From: a virus
Taxonomy: Duplodnaviria > Caudoviricetes
Length of the DNA stretch: 29,306 nucleotides
Strand: one strand, 5' to 3'
Virus record (IMG/VR): IMGVR_UViG_3300020042_002364
Location: 1-29,306 of that record
Each line of letters begins with the position of its first letter. Positions within the stretch are counted from its first letter, which is position 1. The notes beneath the pieces were generated by a model. It saw only the letters and a list, made by a program, of their open reading frames with translations. It did not search any database and was not told the origin of the DNA. This document shows positions 1-8,062 of this stretch, in pieces. A program made the translations under genes and the position numbers.

Positions 1-1
1 A

Positions 2-121
2 GAGAATGGAGACTTTAAATTTACACAATTGTTTTATAATTACTATGCAGGTAAACCAAGAGAAACAAAAGACATAACTGTAACAAATGAACAGCCTATA
101 TTCAATATTGATTTAGACTAG
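2..121 (+). CDS. C-terminal fragment of probable terminase small subunit (5'-truncated by window edge)
   Basis: Open frame ENGDFKFTQLFYNYYAGKPRETKDITVTNEQPIFNIDLD* directly upstream of terL; call rests on position and the GKP...D-I-T tail. Confidence 0.55.
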   Translation, partial: ENGDFKFTQLFYNYYAGKPRETKDITVTNEQPIFNIDLD

Positions 122-138
122 ATTTAAGACATTATTAT

Positions 139-1305
139 ATGGAGTTTATAGTAACTACTGCAATTAAAAAGTTATTGCGTTTAAAGCAACGTATTAAAGT
201 TATAAGAGGTGGAACATCAGCTGGCAAAACATTTGGTATTCTACCTTTGTTAATTGACAAGGCAATAAAAGAACCAATGTTGGAAATAAGTGTAGTATCT
301 GAAAGTATACCGCATTTACGTAGAGGTGCATTAAAAGACTTTTTAAAGATTATAATGGCACTTGGTAGATACAAAGATGAACAGTTTAACAAATCAACTT
401 TAAAATACACATTTGCAAATGGAAGTTATATTGAGTTCTTTTCTGTTGACCAGCCAGACAAATTAAGAGGAGCAAGAAGAAACATATTATACGTAAACGA
501 ATGTAACAATATAGACTTTGAAAGTTATTATCAAATGGCTATTAGAACAAGTGGTGATATATGGTTAGATTATAATCCTGCTTCTACATTTTGGGTAGAT
601 AAAGAAATATTAACACAAACTGATGTAGACTTTATAACACTTACTTATTTAGACAATGAAGCATTATCTAATACAATAGTAAAAGAAATAGAATCAGCAA
701 AGGTAAAGGCGTTAACATCTACATACTGGGCTAATTGGTGGAAAGTATATGGACTTGGACAAACAGGTAGTTTAGAAGGCGTTTGTATTACAGATTGGAA
801 TGAGATAGATTTACCACAAGAAGCAAGAATATTGTGCTATGGAATGGATTTTGGATATTCAAACGACCCGACAAGTTTAGTTGCGATGTATAAGTATAAC
901 GATGCATATATATTTGATGAATTGATTTATAAAAAAGGTTTATTAAACAATGATATAAGTAACCTACTAAAAGCAAACAATGTAAATGATATAGTATATG
1001 CAGATAGTGCTGAGCCAAAATCAATAGCTGAATTAAACACATACGGTCATAATATATTGCCTGTATCAAAAGGTAAAGATTCAATATTATATGGTTTGAA
1101 TTTAATAAATCAAAACAAAGTTTACGTTACATCAAGAAGCAAGAACTTAATTAATGAATTAAGAAACTACATTTGGCAAACAGATAAAACAGGTGTAAAG
1201 ATGAATAAACCAATTGATTCTTATAATCACGCAATAGATGCTATGCGTTATGCTATAATGAGCCAATTAGAAAACCCAAACAAAGGAAATTATTTTATAT
1301 ATTAA
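139..1305 (+). CDS. terL: Terminase large subunit (PBSX/SPP1-like)
   Basis: Walker A GGTSAGKT, Walker B YVNE, LDYNP coupling motif, GMDFG nuclease motif, C-terminal NHAIDAMRYA. Confidence 0.95.
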   Translation: MEFIVTTAIKKLLRLKQRIKVIRGGTSAGKTFGILPLLIDKAIKEPMLEISVVSESIPHLRRGALKDFLKIIMALGRYKDEQFNKSTLKYTFANGSYIEFFSVDQPDKLRGARRNILYVNECNNIDFESYYQMAIRTSGDIWLDYNPASTFWVDKEILTQTDVDFITLTYLDNEALSNTIVKEIESAKVKALTSTYWANWWKVYGLGQTGSLEGVCITDWNEIDLPQEARILCYGMDFGYSNDPTSLVAMYKYNDAYIFDELIYKKGLLNNDISNLLKANNVNDIVYADSAEPKSIAELNTYGHNILPVSKGKDSILYGLNLINQNKVYVTSRSKNLINELRNYIWQTDKTGVKMNKPIDSYNHAIDAMRYAIMSQLENPNKGNYFIY

Positions 1306-1307
1306 TT

Positions 1308-1457
1308 ATGACATACGGACAAATGATTGCAGCAATACAATGTTACATACACCACAAAAAGAATGTAGAAGTGTCTATTAACTTGCCAAGAAATATAGGC
1401 GAAATACATAAAATGCAACAAATGTATTCTATTGCTGCTGCTTATTTGAATAGTTAA
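1308..1457 (+). CDS. Hypothetical protein (49 aa, not in ORF track)
   Basis: MTYGQMIAAIQCYIHH...AAAYLNS*, starts 3 nt after terL stop. Confidence 0.6.
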   Translation: MTYGQMIAAIQCYIHHKKNVEVSINLPRNIGEIHKMQQMYSIAAAYLNS

Positions 1458-1502
1458 ATTTTTGTTAAATGTATTATATTATAAACAAAAAGTATATATT
1501 TG
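1453..1502 (+). promoter_or_regulatory. Bacteroidetes-type promoter with upstream GTTAAA direct repeats
   Basis: TATATTTG (TAnnTTTG -7 element) at 1495-1502; GTTAAA at 1453 and 1464. Confidence 0.7.
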
Positions 1503-1528
1503 TACATAATATAAAACAAAACAACATT

Positions 1529-1768
1529 ATGAAAACAACAAAAGAAACAGCAACAGTAAACTATTTAGGATTTGATTTTGATTTAGAAGGAAACTATTCA
1601 GAAGCAGAATCAGAAAATTATGATTACTATGGATGTGCAGCAAACTTTGAAATAACAAGCATATTATTAAATGGAATAGATGCAGTAACATTAATTAATA
1701 ATTTAAACTATAAATTAGATGCTTGGGATGAATTAGAATCTTTAGCTATTGAAAATATTACTAACTAA
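1529..1768 (+). CDS. Hypothetical acidic protein (start re-called to 1529)
   Basis: ATG at 1529 follows the promoter and an A-rich leader; the 1469 start would run through the promoter. Confidence 0.7.
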   Translation: MKTTKETATVNYLGFDFDLEGNYSEAESENYDYYGCAANFEITSILLNGIDAVTLINNLNYKLDAWDELESLAIENITN

Positions 1769-1777
1769 AAAAACAAT

Positions 1778-2653
1778 ATGGGTAAGTGGACAAAATTTGA
1801 TGCAGATATTTTAGACTTAAATAATAAACATTTTAACAATACTGATTTAGCAAAACAATTATATCCAAAAGGAAATTTTATTGATACTGAAAACTTACGC
1901 AAATACATAGGACGTAAACGCACTACAATCGTTTTTAACGAACAAATAACTAAAAGCAATGTAAACACACACAAAACAAAATTAGAACCGTTTAAAGGTG
2001 ACTTAAATAACATTTTAATTATAGGTGATTTACACGCTCCTTTTACCTTACCAAAGTATCTTGAATTTTGTAGACAACAACAAGAAATATATAATTGCGG
2101 CACTGTTATTTTTATTGGCGATATTGTGGATAATCATTTCAGTTCATATCACGAATCAGACCCTGATGGGCATTCAGCGGGTGAAGAATTAGATAGAGCA
2201 ATTGATATGATTGCAGATTGGTATTATACATTTCCAAAAGCTACTGTTATTATAGGAAATCACGATAGACTTGTATATAGAAAAGCATATAGTTCTGGAG
2301 TTAGTAAACGATGGATAAGAGAATATAAAGATGTTTTAAATACACCTGATTGGAACTTTGTAGAAAACATAGAATTGTTTAGCGTAAACTTTAATCACGG
2401 AGAAGGTGGAACTGCAATGAATAGAATCAAAACAGAATTACAGTCACAAGTGCAAGGACATTTACATACTGAACTTTATGTAAAGTATTTAGTTGGGGCT
2501 AATTTTATAGTTTACGGTATGCAAGTTGGTTGCGGTGTTGACATTAAATCTTATGCAATGGCTTATGGAAAGAACTTTAAAAAATCAGCTATTGGTTGTG
2601 GTGTAGTTTTAAATAGTGGAACATTACCTATTGCATTACCTATGAAAATGTAG
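1778..2653 (+). CDS. Calcineurin-like metallophosphoesterase
   Basis: Motifs GDLH, GDIVD, GNHD, FNHG, GHLH in canonical order. Confidence 0.9.
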   Translation: MGKWTKFDADILDLNNKHFNNTDLAKQLYPKGNFIDTENLRKYIGRKRTTIVFNEQITKSNVNTHKTKLEPFKGDLNNILIIGDLHAPFTLPKYLEFCRQQQEIYNCGTVIFIGDIVDNHFSSYHESDPDGHSAGEELDRAIDMIADWYYTFPKATVIIGNHDRLVYRKAYSSGVSKRWIREYKDVLNTPDWNFVENIELFSVNFNHGEGGTAMNRIKTELQSQVQGHLHTELYVKYLVGANFIVYGMQVGCGVDIKSYAMAYGKNFKKSAIGCGVVLNSGTLPIALPMKM

Positions 2654-2699
2654 TTAAGCTGTGTAAAGCGTTGGAACTTATAATCCATTAGAAACTAAA

Positions 2700-2769
2700 T
2701 GTAATTCAAAACCCTGATAAATAAAAAATCCCGCCCCAATTACAGGGAGCAAGGCGGATTGGAATTACA
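2700..2769 (+). ncRNA. Putative structured (pseudoknotted) RNA
   Basis: TGTAATTC/GAATTACA outer stem enclosing crossed stems CCCTG(A)TAA/TTACAGGG and AATCC(C)GCC/GGCGGATT. Confidence 0.5.
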
Positions 2770-2773
2770 AATT

Positions 2774-2803
2774 AAGACTTACAGAAATGTAGGTCTTTTT
2801 TTT
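2774..2803 (+). terminator. Rho-independent terminator
   Basis: AAGACTTACA-GAAA-TGTAGGTCTT hairpin followed by T run. Confidence 0.9.
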
Positions 2804-2805
2804 GT

Positions 2806-2837
2806 TTAATACAATTACAACTTTATTTTATTATTAT
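2806..2837 (+). promoter_or_regulatory. Candidate late promoter (copy 1 of 4)
   Basis: TTAATACAA-N16-TTATTAT, same geometry at 9943, 11101, 13881. Confidence 0.5.
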
Positions 2838-2851
2838 AAAAAAATAAACAA

Positions 2852-3532
2852 ATGAAATTAGAAATTACAATACCAACTAAATTATCTGAAATTAAATTAT
2901 CACAGTATCAGGCTTTTTTAAAGATAGCAAAAGATAATGAAGATACAGAATTTTTACATCAAAAGATGGTGCAAATATTTTGCGGAATAGATTTAAAAGA
3001 AGTTGCCTCAATTAAATATAAAGATGTAAATGATATAACTACATCGATTGGGAATATGTTTAACCAGAATCATTCTTTTATACCTACGTTTAAAATGGGA
3101 GGAGTTGAATTTGGTTTTATTCCTAATTTAGAAGAAATGACATTTGGCGAGTATACAGATTTAGACACTTATATAACTGATTGGGATGAAATACATAAAG
3201 CAATGGCAGTATTGTATAGACCAATTAAAAAGAAAGGCTTAAATGGCACTTATGAGATTGAAGATTATAATGGAACTATAACTTATTCTGAAGTAATGAA
3301 GTTTGCACCGTTAGATGTTTGTTTAGGTGCAACGGTTTTTTTTTACAGTTTAGGCAACGAATTATTGAAAGCTACGATAGCTTATTTGGAGAAGGACAAG
3401 GAGGTACAGAATATTCTGCAGCAGCAAATTTTGGAGCAAAATGGGGATGGTACAGTAGCCTCTATGCTCTTGCTCAAGGAGACCTTAACAGATTTGACTC
3501 CGTTACAAGATTACCAATTAATCAATGTTTAA
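2852..3532 (+). CDS. Probable tail assembly chaperone (G-like, unshifted product)
   Basis: 226 aa ORF heading the tail cluster, with a T9 slippery run at 3336-3344 leading into an overlapping -1 ORF. Confidence 0.6.
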   Translation: MKLEITIPTKLSEIKLSQYQAFLKIAKDNEDTEFLHQKMVQIFCGIDLKEVASIKYKDVNDITTSIGNMFNQNHSFIPTFKMGGVEFGFIPNLEEMTFGEYTDLDTYITDWDEIHKAMAVLYRPIKKKGLNGTYEIEDYNGTITYSEVMKFAPLDVCLGATVFFYSLGNELLKATIAYLEKDKEVQNILQQQILEQNGDGTVASMLLLKETLTDLTPLQDYQLINV

Positions 3533-3600
3533 CATATCTAACTTTTGAAAAAGAAAAGAATAAAATAGAATCTGATTTAATTAAAAGACAAAATAAATGA
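3343..3600 (+). CDS. -1 frameshift extension (GT-like) of the 2852 ORF
   Basis: -1 frame open from the slippery site to TGA 3600, whose stop overlaps the next ATG (ATGA at 3597). Confidence 0.65.
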   Translation, partial: LQFRQRIIESYDSLFGEGQGGTEYSAAANFGAKWGWYSSLYALAQGDLNRFDSVTRLPINQCLTYLTFEKEKNKIESDLIKRQNK

Positions 3601-4052
3601 CATCACATTATTACGAAATTACACAAGCGATTAAAACGCAATTAAGCAGCGATATATTTGTAAATACAGTTACTATTGGAGATATATTTAAAGTTGATTT
3701 AAACAAAGCTACAATGTTTCCTTTATCACATATAATAATAAATTCAGCAACGTATCAGGGTGCAACTTGGAATTATAATATATCTATATTATGTATGGAT
3801 ATTGTAGATGAAAATAAATCATTAACAACGGATATATTTTTAGGAAATGACAATGAACAGGATGTTTTAAATACGCAATTAATGGTAGTTAATAGATTTT
3901 TGGAAGTATTAAGACGTGGAGCATTGGCAGAAGATTACGAGTTAATAGGGACACCGTCTTGTGAGTTCTTTACAGAAAGATTTGAAAACAAAATGGCAGG
4001 AGTAACAGTTACTTTTGAAATGGCAATTGCAAACGAAATGACAAAATGTTAG
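3597..4052 (+). CDS. Putative tail completion/terminator protein
   Basis: 151 aa, size and position in the tail cluster; FPLSHI motif resembles tail terminator proteins. Confidence 0.5.
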   Translation: MTSHYYEITQAIKTQLSSDIFVNTVTIGDIFKVDLNKATMFPLSHIIINSATYQGATWNYNISILCMDIVDENKSLTTDIFLGNDNEQDVLNTQLMVVNRFLEVLRRGALAEDYELIGTPSCEFFTERFENKMAGVTVTFEMAIANEMTKC

Positions 4053-4597
4053 AAGTAGAAAAAACTATTAAAAAGTTTCGTGATTATGTTATACAGCAAT
4101 CAAGAAGCAACTTATCAAAAGATAAAAAAAACAACACAAAACAATTATATAATTCAATTAAAGGCGAAATATTAAGCGATAAAGGATTTACTATTGTTGG
4201 TTTTTCAATGGATAATTACGGTCAATTTGTAGACAAAGGTGTTAAAGGTTCAGACCCTTCACAAGTATCTAAAAACGCAAAAATAAAAGGGCAACAAGCA
4301 CCAAATAGTCCTTATAGTTTTAAAACAAAAAGACCACCATCAAAATATTTAGAACAATGGGCAAAGCAAAAGAACTTTAGATTAAGAGATAAAAAAGGAA
4401 AGTTTGCCGAAGGAAGTTATAAAACGATAGGAATTATTTTAGCAAAGAATATATGGGCAAGAGGAATGAAGCCATCAATGTTTTTTACAAAACCATTTGA
4501 AGCAGGATATAAGAAATATATAGATGTAGATTTAATGAAGGCATTTGGTCAAGACGTTGAAACAATAATAGATTATAATTTAAAAGATATAAAATGA
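4046..4597 (+). CDS. Putative neck/tail completion protein (HK97 gp10-like)
   Basis: Basic protein with LYNSI, YGQFVDKG and GMKPSMFFTKPF motifs typical of this family. Confidence 0.55.
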   Translation: MLEVEKTIKKFRDYVIQQSRSNLSKDKKNNTKQLYNSIKGEILSDKGFTIVGFSMDNYGQFVDKGVKGSDPSQVSKNAKIKGQQAPNSPYSFKTKRPPSKYLEQWAKQKNFRLRDKKGKFAEGSYKTIGIILAKNIWARGMKPSMFFTKPFEAGYKKYIDVDLMKAFGQDVETIIDYNLKDIK

Positions 4598-5922
4598 AAA
4601 TAATAAAAGTTAGAAGTCCTTTTTTTGTATCAGTAAATGAAACTGCACAAATCGGTAGCAAAGTAGAACTTTACATTTATAATAAAGGAAATTCAATACC
4701 TACTTTTTTAAGTGGTGTAACTGTATCAACAGCTGGTCAATTTACTTGTGCTGCTGCTACGTTTGCAGTAGGGAATACGGTAACAATTAGCGGAACATTA
4801 ACAGGTACAGGAACGATAACTGGATATACAAATCTAAAAACGTATTTTGTTATAGCCACAAACGGAACTACTACTTTTACTTTGTCGGCAACTTTAGGAG
4901 GTACTGCATTAACAACAACTGCTGGAACACCAACTGGATTGACTTACTTAACACAAATAAGCGGATATTATGCTTTGTCAAAGTCTATTGCTTCAACAAC
5001 GCAAATAGAAAATGTTTATAATATATCTAATTATGTGCGTGAATTTATAGCACCAATTAAGCCAACAGTAGTAACTGTACCAACAGTAGAAGATAATAAC
5101 AACTGGGCAATTTGCATAGTGAAAAGATATAAAGAAACGAGCGGAGGTTATACTCTTTTAGATACAAATGAATATGTATGTTTGGATGCATTTACAACTT
5201 ACAACGATGGAATGCAGTTAGCAATAGATACAGGAAGTACAAGTCCAGCTTTAGTATTAAACAATCAAAATGTAACATCTAACTATTATACAAATGCTTA
5301 CTTAAATGTAGTTTGTCAAAGAAATACAGCGCATAATTTCGGAGTTAGATATGACGACGAAAACAACAACGTATTAGACACGATTGCCATTTTAAGTCCA
5401 TCAGCATCGTTGGAATATTTTAACTATAAAATACCTTTCAAAACATCGTTGTCTTCACTTAACTATCAAAAATTTATACTCTTTTATCAAAACGTTTTCT
5501 TTACAAAAATAGCAATCAAAATTGATGAGTGCAAATATACACCAGTGCTTTGTAACTTTGTAAATAGGTTAGGCGGTTGGGAGTTTCTAACGTTTTTTAA
5601 GGCACAAACTAATTCTATTGCAGTAAAAGGAACAGATTATAAATTAATGCCAAATGCACTTAATTACAACATAGCAATAGGACAAAATCAAAGATTTAAT
5701 CTAAACGGAACGCAAACTGTAAAATTAAATACGGGATTTGTAGATGAAAATTATTCTGAATTAATAACAGATTTGCTTTTATCGGAAACAGTTTTATTAG
5801 ACAATAAACCAGTTACTTTAAAAACACAAGGAAGCGATTTAAAGACAGTTTTAAAAGATAGAATGATAAACTATGAATTTGAATTTGAATACGCTTATAA
5901 CCTTATAAATGATGTTGTATGA
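4594..5922 (+). CDS. Virion tail structural protein
   Basis: 442 aa beta-rich, translationally coupled in the tail operon; FVNRLGGWE-containing C-terminal domain. Confidence 0.6.
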   Translation: MKIIKVRSPFFVSVNETAQIGSKVELYIYNKGNSIPTFLSGVTVSTAGQFTCAAATFAVGNTVTISGTLTGTGTITGYTNLKTYFVIATNGTTTFTLSATLGGTALTTTAGTPTGLTYLTQISGYYALSKSIASTTQIENVYNISNYVREFIAPIKPTVVTVPTVEDNNNWAICIVKRYKETSGGYTLLDTNEYVCLDAFTTYNDGMQLAIDTGSTSPALVLNNQNVTSNYYTNAYLNVVCQRNTAHNFGVRYDDENNNVLDTIAILSPSASLEYFNYKIPFKTSLSSLNYQKFILFYQNVFFTKIAIKIDECKYTPVLCNFVNRLGGWEFLTFFKAQTNSIAVKGTDYKLMPNALNYNIAIGQNQRFNLNGTQTVKLNTGFVDENYSELITDLLLSETVLLDNKPVTLKTQGSDLKTVLKDRMINYEFEFEYAYNLINDVV

Positions 5923-7916
5923 TAACAGTTGGAATATATATTAAAAACGCAATTACTTTAGAATACAATAGAGTAGAATTATTTAACGATGAAAAAATAT
6001 CTGTTAATAGTTCAATTCAAAATGTGAATGATATAAGTAAAACGTTTACAGATTTTAGTCAAACATTTACAATACCTGCATCAAAACAAAATAATAAAAT
6101 ATTTAAACATTGGTACGAAAACAGTTTAGATAATTCATTTAGCACATTGGTAAAAGCTGATGCATATATTGAACTTGATACAATACCGTTTAAAAGTGGT
6201 AAGATACAGTTAGAAAGTTGTAGCGTAAAAAATGGACAGCCACAAGATTATAGCATAACATTTATAGGTGCTTTGGGAAGTCTTAAAGATAAATTTAACG
6301 GGTTATTTTTAAAAAATTTAGATACTACTTTTTATGATTTTAATTATACTGCAACAGTTGTAAAAGATAAAGTTACAACTACTGCTGCAAGTTCTGATAT
6401 AATGTTTCCTTTGATTAGTTCAAAAGAGTATTGGACTTATGGTGCTGGTACTTATAGAATAGACCAAAACAATCACCCGATTTATTACAGCGATTTATTT
6501 CCAGCTATAAAATTAAGTGCTGTCTTCGATATGATACATAGAGATACAAAATGGAATATAAATTTTAACGGTTCATTTTTAACTGATGCCCGATTTACAA
6601 GTGCATATTTGTATTTAAAAAATGCGGAATTGTTTACAGTTGTTGCTAATCAAAATTTAATAACTTGGAATCAAGAAAGTGTTAATAGTAATTTTACTGC
6701 TGATTTAACTAGTGAATCTTGGTTTAGTAATGCTTCAAGCGGTACTAGGGCTGAATATGGAGATATGGAATTTACAGCTACATCTGCTGGAATATCATTT
6801 AGTATACATACTTATATAAATGGAGTTGAAGTTTTAAAACAATCTTTCACATCTACAGCATCATTGCAAAATATTAGAATATTTGGTTATATTAATGATG
6901 GAAATCCATTAAATATTTATACTGTTAAAATTTCAGCTTCAGTACCTATAACATTTAATGCTCTTTTAAACTTAACTACTGAAATAGATGACTTTCCAAA
7001 TCCTAATATAATTGAATATTATACATTATCAAAATCTGCAAATCAAACTACTCCAGCTAATACATTACCTATTAAATCATATTTTCCAGAAATAAAAATA
7101 GAGGACTTTTTTAGTGGTGTTTTAAAAATGTTTAATTTAACTTGTTATTCAATTGACGGAATAAATTATACTATTGAACAATTAGAATCTTATTATACAA
7201 ACGGCACAATTAGAGACATTACAAAGTATATTAAATCGGATTCTGTAAATTTAAACAGGGTAAAAAGTTATAAAAAAATAAATTTTGAATATGAAAAAAG
7301 CGAATCTTTAGTTAATGTAGGTTTTAAAAGTGCAAATAACATTGAGTATGGTTCTTTATTTTATGATACTGGAAACGATGGCGAAGAATACAATATTAAA
7401 CTACCATTTGAAGATTTAAACTTTACTAATTTATCTGGTCTTTTACAGGTTGGTTATGCCTTAAAATCTGATTTACAAAAGTATATTCCTAAAGCTATAA
7501 TATTATATGATTATAAACCAACTGCCTTAACTACTGCACCTACATTTCATCTTTCAACTTCTACAAGTGGAACAGGAACAGCATATACAACTTACAAAGC
7601 ATTCGGTCAAGAATTTTTTGATGGTACTGATACATTTAGTTTAAATTTTAATGCCCAACAAAGTACATTAACAAATGAATTAATAAGCAATAGTTTGTAC
7701 AGTGAATATTATGATGATTATTTAACAAATATATTTGATTCTAAAGCACGATTAATTAAAGTTAGTGGAATATTACCAACATCATTATTAACTACTATTA
7801 AATTAAACGATAGGCTTATTATAAGAGACAAAAGATATTTAATAAATACTATGACAACTGATTTAACAACTGGCGAAGTTCAATTTGAATTACTAACTGA
7901 TTTTAGAGAATTATGA
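5919..7916 (+). CDS. Tail tip/baseplate hub-like protein
   Basis: 665 aa, N-terminal FSQTFTIPAS motif, located just before the tape measure gene. Confidence 0.55.
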   Translation: MITVGIYIKNAITLEYNRVELFNDEKISVNSSIQNVNDISKTFTDFSQTFTIPASKQNNKIFKHWYENSLDNSFSTLVKADAYIELDTIPFKSGKIQLESCSVKNGQPQDYSITFIGALGSLKDKFNGLFLKNLDTTFYDFNYTATVVKDKVTTTAASSDIMFPLISSKEYWTYGAGTYRIDQNNHPIYYSDLFPAIKLSAVFDMIHRDTKWNINFNGSFLTDARFTSAYLYLKNAELFTVVANQNLITWNQESVNSNFTADLTSESWFSNASSGTRAEYGDMEFTATSAGISFSIHTYINGVEVLKQSFTSTASLQNIRIFGYINDGNPLNIYTVKISASVPITFNALLNLTTEIDDFPNPNIIEYYTLSKSANQTTPANTLPIKSYFPEIKIEDFFSGVLKMFNLTCYSIDGINYTIEQLESYYTNGTIRDITKYIKSDSVNLNRVKSYKKINFEYEKSESLVNVGFKSANNIEYGSLFYDTGNDGEEYNIKLPFEDLNFTNLSGLLQVGYALKSDLQKYIPKAIILYDYKPTALTTAPTFHLSTSTSGTGTAYTTYKAFGQEFFDGTDTFSLNFNAQQSTLTNELISNSLYSEYYDDYLTNIFDSKARLIKVSGILPTSLLTTIKLNDRLIIRDKRYLINTMTTDLTTGEVQFELLTDFREL

Positions 7917-8062
7917 TAAAGCACATTTTAGATTTATTAGCATTAGATGAATTTTACGGACAAAGTGAATTTATTGAAATAGCAAAAGGTAAATATCAAA
8001 GACCAACAACTTGGAAACAAGGATTTAAACAATTAAAAAGACAATTAAAATGGCTGAAGTAA
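7913..8062 (+). CDS. Hypothetical protein (49 aa, not in ORF track)
   Basis: MIKHILDLLALDEFYGQSEFIEIAKGKYQ...WLK*, ATGA-coupled to the upstream stop and filling the gap. Confidence 0.7.
   Translation: MIKHILDLLALDEFYGQSEFIEIAKGKYQRPTTWKQGFKQLKRQLKWLK

Noticed and set aside
2712-2725. CTGATAA as a hammerhead ribozyme core
   Set aside because: The core requires CUGANGA and a correctly placed GAAA; neither is satisfied.
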